In this document: piece after piece, positions 1-8,502 of the stretch | Layout of the letters: each line of letters opens with the position of its first letter | Numbering within the stretch: the stretch's first letter is position 1 | Origin: Anaeromyxobacter sp. | GTDB lineage: Bacteria > Myxococcota > Myxococcia > Myxococcales > Anaeromyxobacteraceae | Length of the DNA: 64,000 nucleotides | Assembly (NCBI GenBank): GCA_049840735.1 | Contig: JASGJN010000022.1 | Coordinates: 352,001 to 416,000 of the forward strand | Reading direction: 5' to 3' | Notes under the pieces: generated by a model | Database searches by the model: none | Seen by the model: only the letters and a program-made list of their open reading frames with translations | What the model was told of the DNA's origin: nothing | Position numbers and translations under genes: made by a program

Positions 1-5
1 CGGCG

Positions 6-236
6 GTGAAGCACGAGACGCTGACGGCGATGGAGCGGGAGCGCAAGGCGGCCGCCGCTACCGTGGAGGTCACCACGGCCGGCGCCGTCCGCGGCTTCGA
101 CGCCATGTACCTGGCCACCACCGCCGGCCGCCGCTTCGCCCTGGTCGCGGCCGACGCCGCAATGCCCTACCGCACCACCGCCGCGGCGGTGCCGGCCTAC
201 GACGGCCACGCCGTGGCCGCCCACGCTGGCTCATGA
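6..236 (+). CDS. Hypothetical protein (small; may begin before the window edge)
   Basis: 76-aa ORF with G/C-ending codons; its stop overlaps the next ATG (ATGA at 233-236). No recognisable motif. Confidence 0.35.
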   Translation: MKHETLTAMERERKAAAATVEVTTAGAVRGFDAMYLATTAGRRFALVAADAAMPYRTTAAAVPAYDGHAVAAHAGS

Positions 237-728
237 CTTCGCTATCCACGGCGCGCCTCTGGTGCTGCGGGCGGACCGTGCCAAGTGTCACCGGACGGCC
301 GAGGTGCTGGACGTGCTCCGGAGCCACAAGTGTCCTGCTGCTGTCATGGCCCGCCAAGCGGCACCCCGGCTACTACGGCCAGCTCGAGCGCCAGAACCGG
401 GAGCACCGGGAGTGGCTCTTTGCCCAAGATAGGGCAATCCCGGAGGATGACCTGGAGCGGCTGTGTGAGGAGATGCTGCTGGCATTGAATGGCGCCTGGC
501 CAAGGCATAGCCTGGGCTGGCGCACCAGCGAGGAGGCCTGGCAGGCGCGCCCGGAGCTGCACGAGGACCGCGACGCGCTTCGCGAGGAGGTGCAGGGACC
601 GAGCCGCCCGGATCAGGCGGCGCGTGGAAGGCCGCGGTGCGACCGCGGCGATGGCCGAGCGCCTCGCCATCGAGTGGGCGCTGACGAAGCGCGGCTACCT
701 GCGCTGCGAACGGGGAGGCGGATGCTAG
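233..728 (+). CDS. Hypothetical protein, probably frameshifted near 565
   Basis: The 233-frame reads plausibly to ...RPELHE, then the 489-728 frame continues TATRFARRCRDRAARIRR...LAIEWALTKRGYL. N-terminal Cys residues (WCCG, CWTC). No family recognised. Confidence 0.3.
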
Positions 729-732
729 GTGA

Positions 733-1440
733 TTGAGGCCGGATCAAACGGCTGACTCCGGCGGCGCGGCACACCGGTACAACGGACGGATATACGATTC
801 CGGAACCGGCTTCCATGACAACGGCGCGCGGATGTACTGGCCAGAGATTGCGAGGTTTGTCAGTTCTGACTCGTACCAGGGAAGCACCGCAAGCCCGGCA
901 TCGATGAACCGGTATAGCTATGTAGTTAACAATCCGTACAGGTACACGGATCCGACGGGGCACAAGTTCGTCGAGATCGATGCGAGCGTTGAGCCGGTGC
1001 TTCGCGAACTTAGGAAGACCGAGACAGGGAAGGCGCTCTACGACAAGTTGGAAGGTTCCGCGCACGAGTTCCGGATTAAGGAGGAGAAGGGACCTGACGT
1101 TACGCGAAGCGTTCCGGACTCCCCCGACCTCGCCGAGTATCGCAACCGCAAATTGGGCGGCACGGGCGGCACTACGCGTTTGAGAATGGACGTTCGATAC
1201 AAGTTTGAGGACGAGAAGGGTCAGTGGCAGGAGGCTCCTCTATCTGAGGTCCTGGCCCATGAACTCAATCATTTGAGTGACTTCGATTCGGGGATGGAGG
1301 ACAACAATCCAGATCACAGTCACAGGGCGCGGACCACGAAGGAGCGGGAGGCTATGGATACGGAGAACAAGGTCCGCAAGGAACTGGGGCTGCAGGGGAG
1401 CAGGATTCAATATGATCGTTCTGTGCAAGAGCCGAAATAG
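733..1440 (+). CDS. Orphan RHS core fragment with C-terminal HExxH zinc-metallopeptidase-like toxin domain
   Basis: RYNGRIYDSGTGFHDNGARMYWPEIARFVSSD...NRYSYVVNNPYRYTDPTG is the RHS-associated core ending in the DPxG motif, followed by a tip with VLAHELNH and a downstream E (KEREAMDTENKVRKELGL). No upstream RHS repeats; the TTG start is weak. Confidence 0.85.
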   Translation: MRPDQTADSGGAAHRYNGRIYDSGTGFHDNGARMYWPEIARFVSSDSYQGSTASPASMNRYSYVVNNPYRYTDPTGHKFVEIDASVEPVLRELRKTETGKALYDKLEGSAHEFRIKEEKGPDVTRSVPDSPDLAEYRNRKLGGTGGTTRLRMDVRYKFEDEKGQWQEAPLSEVLAHELNHLSDFDSGMEDNNPDHSHRARTTKEREAMDTENKVRKELGLQGSRIQYDRSVQEPK

Positions 1441-1960
1441 CCTTCTTCTCGTGATCGGGTTGGGGATCGGGGCCGCGTGTGTGACGCCCATCGATCGTCC
1501 GTGTGACTATGGCGGTGTCATTTCCGTGGTCGCTCCGAACACGCATGCCGATCGGCGCCCCGAGATGCGGAGGTGTGTAGATGGGTGGCGGCCGTGGCAT
1601 GCGTTCCGCCAGGACCTCTTTCGCCGCTTGGGTGCGAGTCGTGCGGCTGGGGCCCGCACGGTAGTCTTGATCGAGAGCGGGCACCCTGCCTGGGCCGGAT
1701 ATGGGTACGCTCTTGTGGTCGATGGAAAGGTGGAAGGCGTTCCGCCCGCATCAGGAAGCGTCGAACGGATGCCGCCAGTAGAAGGGCTGGTGAGCGTAAT
1801 TCGGAGCGATATCGAGGACGGCGGGTGTTGGTTCTTGACGGTCTCTGAAAACGGTAAGACGTCACAGGCGATTGTCTACGGAGAGTTGGGCGGGACGGAC
1901 AGTACAAGTAGGTTGGCAAGGTGGATGGCTGAGCGAGAAAGGCGCGTCCCGTTGCCGTAG
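1412..1960 (+). CDS. Putative immunity protein (predicted lipoprotein) for the orphan RHS toxin
   Basis: ATG overlaps the toxin 3' end; hydrophobic stretch and lipobox-like LLLVIGLGIGAAC. Position is typical of polymorphic-toxin immunity genes. Confidence 0.6.
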   Translation: MIVLCKSRNSLLLVIGLGIGAACVTPIDRPCDYGGVISVVAPNTHADRRPEMRRCVDGWRPWHAFRQDLFRRLGASRAAGARTVVLIESGHPAWAGYGYALVVDGKVEGVPPASGSVERMPPVEGLVSVIRSDIEDGGCWFLTVSENGKTSQAIVYGELGGTDSTSRLARWMAERERRVPLP

Positions 1961-2538
1961 GTCGGCCTGGGCCCAGAGGTCGGACGGGGGTGAAGCACTG
2001 GGATGCCCCCGAAGGCGCCGACCGCCTCCTCGGGCAGAGTAAGGTGCATGCGGGGACGTCGCTCAGGGAGGTGCGGAGCGGAATCCATTAGGCGGGCATG
2101 AGCGCGACGACAACCGTCTGCGGGGGAGATGCTGGCAGTCCTGGAAGGCGAGCATGGTTCATGTCTCGCGTGGTACTAGAGGTTTTCGGCGTGAGCTCGG
2201 CCGCGGTGCTGCCGAGCGGGTTTCCTGGGGTAGCCAGCGCGTTCGCGTGGCAGTGATCGGCGCCCTTTCGCGTCGCCCCGGCCAACTCCGTCTGCTGACG
2301 AGGAGAGTTGCCGGGGCGGACCGGTCCCGATTCGGTATCCGCGAGAACCGACGTGGCGAGTAGGTCGTCAGCGACCCCGGAAACGCGAGGCCGGAAACGC
2401 GAGGCCGCTGTGTGCGGCTCGACGAGGGAGTGCATCGGCCTAGGCGAGCGGGCGAGTGCACCTGACCCGACACTGAGGATCTGATGGCCGGGCGAAGAGT
2501 TCCGGAATCTCGTTGACTTGCCGCGCCGCTGCAGGTCG

Positions 2539-2602
2539 GGGCAAGGTATTCGCCTTGCCCGGGAACGACGAAGGGCCTCCAGGTCACCCTGAAAGCCCCG
2601 TC
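2539..2602 (-). promoter_or_regulatory. Inverted GGGCAAG/CTTGCCC site and hairpin immediately 3' of the tRNA fragment (module C end)
   Basis: GGGCAAG at 2539-2545 and CTTGCCC at 2554-2560; minus-strand hairpin GACGGGGCTTTCAGG-GTGA-CCTGGAGGCCCTTCGTC at 2567-2602. Homologous to 18493-18556. Confidence 0.6.
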
Positions 2603-2616
2603 GATGCACCAGGATT

Positions 2617-2661
2617 TGGAGCGGGAAACCGGGTTCGAACCGGCGACCCTCAGCTTGGGAA
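2617..2661 (-). repeat. att-like direct repeat: 3' 45 bp of tRNA-Gly(CCC)
   Basis: TGGAGCGGGAAACCGGGTTCGAACCGGCGACCCTCAGCTTGGGAA is identical to 18571-18615 and 7901-7945; identity ends in the anticodon loop. Confidence 0.95.
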
Positions 2662-2776
2662 TTTGGTCGGGCACGGAAGATCGCGCGGAAATGGGCGCAA
2701 AACGCAGGGTAGCGCGCTGGTTCAGTCCCGCTGAATCCTCTTCGGCCGGAACAGACCTTGCCCAGACCTTGCCCAG
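2662..2776. repeat. Conserved att-flanking element with tandem 11-bp repeats (putative integrase arm sites)
   Basis: Clearly similar to 7946-8059 (TGGTCGGGC...AAATGGGCGCAAAACGC...GCTGGTTCAGTCCCGCTGAATCC); ends in AGACCTTGCCC x2 at 2753-2774. Confidence 0.8.
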
Positions 2777-2791
2777 GTCAGCGGCCCCCGC

Positions 2792-5137
2792 TCAGTCCGC
2801 GCGTGCGTCGTCCTTGGGCCTCCAGGCTAGGCGCGTTCGATGCGCTTCGGTGCGCCGAAGCGCTGCTTCGAAGGCGGCGGTAGAGTCGGCGCGAGTCCTG
2901 GCCACGATTCCGTCGTGCGACACCAGCGCTTGCAGGCGCGAGAGCGTCTCCACTCGCGGCGCGCGACCGGCAAGGACGTCGCGAATGTCGATGAAGGCCC
3001 GTCCGCGCTGCCCGGCGATCTGGGTCTGAGCGCCGAAGTGCACGAGGTTGCAGTAATCACCGCCGCCCATCGCCGGTCCACGTAGCCCTCGACCGATCAT
3101 CTGAGCGTAAAGCCGGAGGCTCAGGGTGGGGCGTGCGAGAATGAGCGTTTGCACCGGCGGAAGGTCGAGGCCCTCAGAGACGATGTCAACGCCGATGAGT
3201 ACCGCCTGTTCATCCTGCCGGGCGCGCATCAGGAACTCGTCCCGCCTGAGCTCCAGCTCGCGCATCCGCGGATGGGGGCCGAGCACTGAAATCCTGGAGT
3301 GGAACTGCCGGACCCATACATCACGTCCGAGGCCCATGAACATCGTGCGGAGCCCGCGCTCCAGCCGGGCGGCATGATCAACATCGACTGCGAAGAACAG
3401 AGTGGGGCCAAGCGGACCGATCTCGTCCGCGTACCGGGTGAGCAGCAGTCGATAGACGGTGAGAACGAGCGGCGTGTAGTTCTTCGCGAAGAGGCCGAGC
3501 TGGCGGCGCTCTTGAAACGCCAGCGACCAGGGGTCATCGGCCACCGCCTTCAGCACCCAGCCCGTTTCGACCGAGACGTGCCGGACGTGTGCAAGGACAG
3601 GCCGACCTTGTTCCTTCAAGCGCAATGCCGTGGTCAGTGGCATCCGCTGCACCACCGCGTTCCTGGGGAACTGGATCTCGAAAGCGCGCCGTGACAGTCC
3701 GCGTCCTCGCCGCCCAGGTGTCGCGGACAAGCCCACGAGCATCTGAGTGCGCAACGCATGGGCGATCGCGCGATACCGCTTGGCCCCGAATCGATGCGCT
3801 TCATCGATGATGATGGCGCTGAACTTCGAGCGTCCAATGGCAGGCAGGTGGTGGGCCGCTGAAGCATCGGTCGCCAGGAGCACCGACGGAGGATCGGGCA
3901 CGGTCGAACCCTTGCCCTTCAAGGTGTGAATACCCACCCCAGGTCCGAGTTGCCTTGTCAGCGTCATCGCCGCTTGCTCCAGAAGCAGTTGTCGGTGCGA
4001 GAGCCAGAGAACCCGCCCACCGCGATCGACGATGGTACGTACGAACTCGGCGGCGATGAGCGTCTTGCCCGTGCCGGGAGGCATCTCGATTGTGTAGCCG
4101 GGCAACCCTTCGGCGTGCTGAGGTCTCCCCTGGCTGACAGAATGCCAGATCGCTCGGAGTGCCTGGATGCGTGCAGCCTGCCAGCGGTACGGGCGAATCC
4201 TTCCCCGGGAAGGCGCATCAGCGCCCAGCGCCAGTTGAACGGGTGCCGCCTCGCGCCAGAGTGCTTCGGCCAATGCCTCGAAGCCATGTGGGTCGCCGAA
4301 TCGCCATGCCAGGGCGACGTTCAGTTCGCAGTTCTCGATGTACCCGGCGAAGGTGGCATTGGACGAGCCGACGATCGCGATATGGTGACCAGTCGCGAGC
4401 CGGAGTAGCAGAAGCTTCGCATGGAGCGGCGCGTCGGCTGATTCTTCCGTGCGCATCCGAATGCAATGCCGGAGCACCTGGCGCCGGGACCATCGACGGA
4501 TCGATGCGAGTCGTTGCACGACCGGATCGAGATCCGATGCAGGATCACCCACGACGATGCGCACGCTGTCGAATGCGGGTGAGCAGGTTGACAGCGGCTG
4601 CGCGAGCGCGAGATCGCTCAGCGCTCCGGAGGAGCAGGTGAAAGTGGATAGGAACGCCTGGCGGACTGTCGTTGCCCTGCATAGGCCTCGCAGCAGCACC
4701 GCGAGCGGGACCCATGGAGTGCTCAAGCCTGGGGGGCCAACAAGGGTTCGAGTCAGCGCGTCCAGGAGGACTGCGGGCTGTCCTCGATCGGGAACACCTC
4801 CGTACAGCGGCGTCTCTCGCTTTCGAGCGTTGGTGCTCTCGCCCGCCGCGAGGACCTCGAATGCGGAGTTCCCCATCTCCAGAAGATCGCCTCTGCGGAG
4901 CAGGTGCTGCCCGACGATTCGTCGACCGTTGACGTAAGTGCCTCGCTCCGAGTCGAGATCCCAGACCGAAGCAGAGCCGCCGCGAGGAGCGAGGGCCGCA
5001 TGCCGTTCGGATGCAAGGGGATCGACCAACACCACGTCGACCGACGGGCTTCGTCCGAAGACCATGCGCTTCCGGACCGCGATGCGTGCAACAGGCGATA
5101 CGCCCTGAAGAACCGATAGGGAAAGCGGACCGGGCAT
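2792..5137 (-). CDS. FHA domain + PLD-like (HxK) nuclease + superfamily 2 DEAH helicase fusion
   Basis: FHA: FGRSPSVDVVL...SERHA...DLDSERGTYVNG. PLD: LHAKLLLL...IVGSSNAT...NCELN. Helicase: MPPGTGKT, IIIDEAH, LSATP, EGLDLP, QMIGRGLR. Alternative TTG start at 5143. Confidence 0.85.
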   Translation of the reverse strand: MPGPLSLSVLQGVSPVARIAVRKRMVFGRSPSVDVVLVDPLASERHAALAPRGGSASVWDLDSERGTYVNGRRIVGQHLLRRGDLLEMGNSAFEVLAAGESTNARKRETPLYGGVPDRGQPAVLLDALTRTLVGPPGLSTPWVPLAVLLRGLCRATTVRQAFLSTFTCSSGALSDLALAQPLSTCSPAFDSVRIVVGDPASDLDPVVQRLASIRRWSRRQVLRHCIRMRTEESADAPLHAKLLLLRLATGHHIAIVGSSNATFAGYIENCELNVALAWRFGDPHGFEALAEALWREAAPVQLALGADAPSRGRIRPYRWQAARIQALRAIWHSVSQGRPQHAEGLPGYTIEMPPGTGKTLIAAEFVRTIVDRGGRVLWLSHRQLLLEQAAMTLTRQLGPGVGIHTLKGKGSTVPDPPSVLLATDASAAHHLPAIGRSKFSAIIIDEAHRFGAKRYRAIAHALRTQMLVGLSATPGRRGRGLSRRAFEIQFPRNAVVQRMPLTTALRLKEQGRPVLAHVRHVSVETGWVLKAVADDPWSLAFQERRQLGLFAKNYTPLVLTVYRLLLTRYADEIGPLGPTLFFAVDVDHAARLERGLRTMFMGLGRDVWVRQFHSRISVLGPHPRMRELELRRDEFLMRARQDEQAVLIGVDIVSEGLDLPPVQTLILARPTLSLRLYAQMIGRGLRGPAMGGGDYCNLVHFGAQTQIAGQRGRAFIDIRDVLAGRAPRVETLSRLQALVSHDGIVARTRADSTAAFEAALRRTEAHRTRLAWRPKDDARAD

Positions 5138-5298
5138 GGCCAAGGGTCCTCCAGCGTCCTTTGTCGTGCATGCGTCTCCTTAACGCAGTCTCGGCAGAGG
5201 AGCAGCACGCGCTGGTCAGGGGCGACGAGCGCGCGCTCGTGAGGGCGCAAGACATCTGGGGAGTTGACGCGTCACTGGAGGCTGAGAACGCTCGTCCC

Positions 5299-5844
5299 AT
5301 GACCACATCGGAACATCCGAATGAGCAGTCAGGTCGCCGCCGTCCGCCCGGTGCGTCACTCGGAGAGGAGGCGGAAATCCAGGCGCTCGTCAAGGTTCAG
5401 CGGGCCTTGGCGCCGCTGCGCCCTGAGTCTCGTACCAGGGTTCTCGCGTGGTTCTCTCAGCCGAGCGCGCCGGGTGGGCTGAGTGTTCCCGCGTCGAACG
5501 CGGAATACGAGGACCTCAGCGCGCTATTCGAGGCGGCAGGGCCGAAATCGGAGCCGGAGCGTGTACTGGTGGCGTGCTACTACCACCTCCAGACGCGAGG
5601 CGAGTCCGACGTGGGTGCGAGGGTCATCTCGGACGAACTAAAGCAGATGGGACACGGCACGAGCCACGCATCATGGATTCTGCACCAACTCAACGCGCGC
5701 GAGCCCGCCCTCTTGATGGTGGCGTCGAGGAGTGGCTCTGGACGGGGCACGAAATACAGGTACCGCCTGACCTCGGCCGGCGCCAAACGCGTGTCGCAAA
5801 TGCTCCAATCACGCACCGATGGCAGGCCGTCAAGCAAGCACTAA
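5299..5844 (+). CDS. Small putative winged-helix DNA-binding protein
   Basis: ATG at 5299 with TTGACG upstream; C-terminal ...VISDELKQMGH...YRYRLTSAGAKRV resembles a wHTH wing (YxLTxxG). Divergent from the helicase gene. Confidence 0.55.
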   Translation: MTTSEHPNEQSGRRRPPGASLGEEAEIQALVKVQRALAPLRPESRTRVLAWFSQPSAPGGLSVPASNAEYEDLSALFEAAGPKSEPERVLVACYYHLQTRGESDVGARVISDELKQMGHGTSHASWILHQLNAREPALLMVASRSGSGRGTKYRYRLTSAGAKRVSQMLQSRTDGRPSSKH

Positions 5845-5932
5845 GGCAGCCGGGGAGAATCGGCGGCCCCACAGGCTCAGTAGCCGGCCTGGGGTGGCTC
5901 GGGCGATCGTCGGACGCATGCAAGCTTGCATG

Positions 5933-7666
5933 CTACTTGGAAGTCGGGGGGCGCTTACCCGAGGCCACGCGGTACTTGGTATTCGGCGAGCGCGGGCTAC
6001 TCGTCGTGGTCGTCACCCGGCCTTCCTTTCGCAAGATACGAAGCCATCTGCGAACCGCCTCGGAGCCCAGGGCGAGCGCTGCCGCCAGTTCCCCGGCTGC
6101 GAGGTCCCCGCGCTCTCGCAGAACCCGCACGATGTCGTCCCTTCGGTCCTTGCGCTGACGCGGGGGCGCGTGGAGGACAGGCTTGAACTCATACGTTGCC
6201 CACCTCCGCGTGCCCTTCTGCAAGATGATACGGCGCGACACGAGATCGCTGAGTTCGCGGGTTGCGAGGCGGCTGTCCAGGCCAAGCAGTTGACGGTACT
6301 TGGCGTTTGTCAGTACCTGCCCGTGCTTCATCATCGCCAAGCCCATTCGTTGGCTGTCGGTGAGCTGGCCAGGGATGGTCGAGAGCCAGGCCACGGTGGC
6401 ATCGTCCAAGAGAGTCTGGTTTGGGAAGGTCACGCGAAAAGTCGAAACCCCGTCTTCGAAGACGGGTGGAGTCATGCCCGACTGACGAAGGGCGGCCACC
6501 ATGGCGCCAATCCCGGAGCCGCGATTCTCGCAGACCGCGAAGCGGTCGCCAGGCGTGGCGACATCTTCCAGCAGTCTCATGAGCACCTGGTTGCGGGCGG
6601 ACGAGACCCCCTCCTCGCCCAAGCGTTCCAGAGATACTGGACCGTGAAGGCCACCGGGATTGACGACTGCCAAACGGTCCGGGAACATCTGAACCTGAAC
6701 TGGAGAGCTCCGGCCTGGTCCGCTCAAGTCGCGATGGACCAGCGCGTTGACGAGGGCTTCGCGAAGCGCTGTCTCCGGATACTCCCAAAGGTCCTGGCGA
6801 AACCCCTCGTGCACGATCGCGCGCCGCTTCATGTTCCGTCGAAGGGCGTCGAGCAGCGGCCCGATCATCCTCGGAACCGGGCCGTCGACCCTTCGGTTGT
6901 CCAGGAACCGCTCGCCTCCGGGTCCGGATTCGCCAACGCGTGGTGTCGGGTAGGCCACGAAGGTCGCGCCCAGGGCCGGATAGAACTGTTGCGGGTACTT
7001 CCCCAGCGCGAGTAGGCCGCCAAGAGTCGGATGGATTCCGGATTCGACGCGCGCCGCCGCCTTCAGTGTCAACAAGGCGCCAGCATCATCGAGCTTGCGA
7101 AAGGCGCTGCCTTCCGGCTCGCGCTTCCGGGCAAGCAGCGCTCCCACGAGCTCCGGATCGAGATCTTCGAGGGTTGCCTCCAGCACTGGCGTCTCGTCTT
7201 CGCGAGGTTGTCCACGAGACGCGAACAGCAGGTGCACCTCGTACTCGCTGAGCTTCCTGTCCCCGTCGCCAACGCGCAGGAACGCGCCGTTCTTGAGTCC
7301 CGCGGGGACGTAGTAGCAGGGCTTCTCCGAACTTGAGAGCTCGGGAACAGCGCAGGTGACCAAGGTCTTGCCTTCGAATCGCACCGTTTCGATTCGGGGG
7401 CTGAGTCGTGGCTGCATGTCGGCGCACATCGAGGCCAGATCGCCCTGGACCTTGCGCGCATCCAGGACTCCGACCGCAGCAAAGCCGTCGTCCTCATCGA
7501 GGCCGAGGATGATGAGTCCGCCGCCGGGTGTATTCGCAAAGGCGGACAGCGTCTCCCAGAGCCGCCTGGGAAGCTCGCGATGTGCGCGCTTCGCCTCGAC
7601 GTGCTGGTGGTCCGTCGTGAAGACGCGCAGCTCCTCGATGGCCCGATCAAGGTCTTCGGTACTCAT
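5933..7666 (-). CDS. AlbA_2 (Schlafen-like) + RecG-C/HATPase_c_4 + HTH putative regulator/nuclease
   Basis: VEAKRA...ETLSAFANTPGGGLIILGLDE (AlbA_2); YPETALREALVNALVHRD, FPDRLAVVNPGGL, ARNQVL, ENRGSGI (HATPase_c_4/RecG-C); two C-terminal HTH-like segments. Confidence 0.9.
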   Translation of the reverse strand: MSTEDLDRAIEELRVFTTDHQHVEAKRAHRELPRRLWETLSAFANTPGGGLIILGLDEDDGFAAVGVLDARKVQGDLASMCADMQPRLSPRIETVRFEGKTLVTCAVPELSSSEKPCYYVPAGLKNGAFLRVGDGDRKLSEYEVHLLFASRGQPREDETPVLEATLEDLDPELVGALLARKREPEGSAFRKLDDAGALLTLKAAARVESGIHPTLGGLLALGKYPQQFYPALGATFVAYPTPRVGESGPGGERFLDNRRVDGPVPRMIGPLLDALRRNMKRRAIVHEGFRQDLWEYPETALREALVNALVHRDLSGPGRSSPVQVQMFPDRLAVVNPGGLHGPVSLERLGEEGVSSARNQVLMRLLEDVATPGDRFAVCENRGSGIGAMVAALRQSGMTPPVFEDGVSTFRVTFPNQTLLDDATVAWLSTIPGQLTDSQRMGLAMMKHGQVLTNAKYRQLLGLDSRLATRELSDLVSRRIILQKGTRRWATYEFKPVLHAPPRQRKDRRDDIVRVLRERGDLAAGELAAALALGSEAVRRWLRILRKEGRVTTTTSSPRSPNTKYRVASGKRPPTSK

Positions 7667-7752
7667 ACAAGCAGCATGGTATCATCATGTCAGCTTGTAT
7701 GCTTGCTCGAAGCGGCGCTTGGGACGGACACTGGGTACCGAGGCCGGACAGG

Positions 7753-7774
7753 AACCTTGCCCAGATCTTGCCCG
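7753..7774. repeat. Tandem CTTGCCC repeats with 11-bp period (putative arm sites, other end of module B)
   Basis: AACCTTGCCCAGATCTTGCCCG; CTTGCCC at 7756-7762 and 7767-7773. Confidence 0.7.
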
Positions 7775-7857
7775 GCCGAGAGGCGCTCAGATGGCTCCAT
7801 TGCCTGCGAGAGAAGGGGGACGGTGGTGTCCCGCAGAGCCGCGACCGTCAACCCCAA

Positions 7858-7892
7858 CGAGAAAGGGGTCCCGCCGGTGGACGGAACCCCTC
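7858..7892 (-). terminator. Intrinsic-terminator-like hairpin 3' of the tRNA fragment
   Basis: Minus strand GAGGGGTTCCG-tccaccgg-CGGGACCCCTT followed by TCTC, ~9 nt after the CCA end. Confidence 0.6.
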
Positions 7893-7900
7893 GGAAGAAC

Positions 7901-7945
7901 TGGAGCGGGAAACCGGGTTCGAACCGGCGACCCTCAGCTTGGGAA
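7901..7945 (-). repeat. att-like direct repeat: 3' 45 bp of tRNA-Gly(CCC)
   Basis: Identical to 18571-18615 and 2617-2661. Confidence 0.95.
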
Positions 7946-8059
7946 AGTGGTCGGGCGCGGAAGACCACGCGAAAATGGGCGCAAAACGCGGGGTCGAGGC
8001 TGGTTCAGTCCCGCTGAATCCCGTTCGGCTGGGACGGACCTTGCCCGGACCTTGCCCGG
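7946..8059. repeat. Conserved att-flanking element with tandem 11-bp repeats
   Basis: Similar to 2662-2776; TTCAG-N5-CTGAA palindrome at 8004-8018; GGACCTTGCCC x2 at 8036-8057. Confidence 0.8.
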
Positions 8060-8502
8060 TGGGCCGCGCGCCGCCGTGCCTTCGAAGAGCACGAGCACGC
8101 GCAGCGCCGGAGACGCGTCTCAAACTTGCTGCCCTGTCGCGCCGAGGCGTCAAGAAGCCGCAGATGGCCGGGTGCTTTGGGCTGCGGCCGCAGGCGTTCA
8201 GCGGGTCCTGCGGCAAGACCCGGAGTTCACTTCGCATCTCGGTCTTCGTCGCTCTGCTCGCCGTCTGCACGAGTTCACCAAACGCGAAGCGGTGCTCCTC
8301 GATTCAGCGCCTCTTTTGGAAGGCCGTTGACCCTTCGCGGCCATCCTGCTGACATCCCCGCACCGCAGCTGCAGTTGGGGGGGGAGCGCTGGGACGGACG
8401 GGCCGCGCCCGTGGACCTCAGCGCCCCTCGACAGAACACTACGTAGATTCCTCGCCCGGCCGAGGGCGCGACTCGTGTGCGCGTCGCCTGCCTGGAGGAC
8501 GA

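Larger units (their letters stand above)
2662..7945. mobile_element. Module B: ~5.3 kb tRNA-Gly-anchored islet with putative defence cargo, no integrase seen
   Basis: Bounded by identical 45-bp tRNA 3' repeats 5284 bp apart; CTTGCCC tandem repeats at both ends; three cargo ORFs fill almost all of it. Confidence 0.75.

Noticed and set aside
2617..2661. Additional tRNA genes at 2617 and 7901
   Set aside because: Only the 3' 45 nt are present; the D-arm and 5' acceptor strand are missing, so these are att-like fragments.
8060..8500. Integrase or excisionase remnant at module ends (also 1960-2460 and 18040-18415)
   Set aside because: I could not recognise R...HxxR...Y or other recombinase motifs in the listed ORFs; a translated HMM search is needed to exclude decayed remnants.
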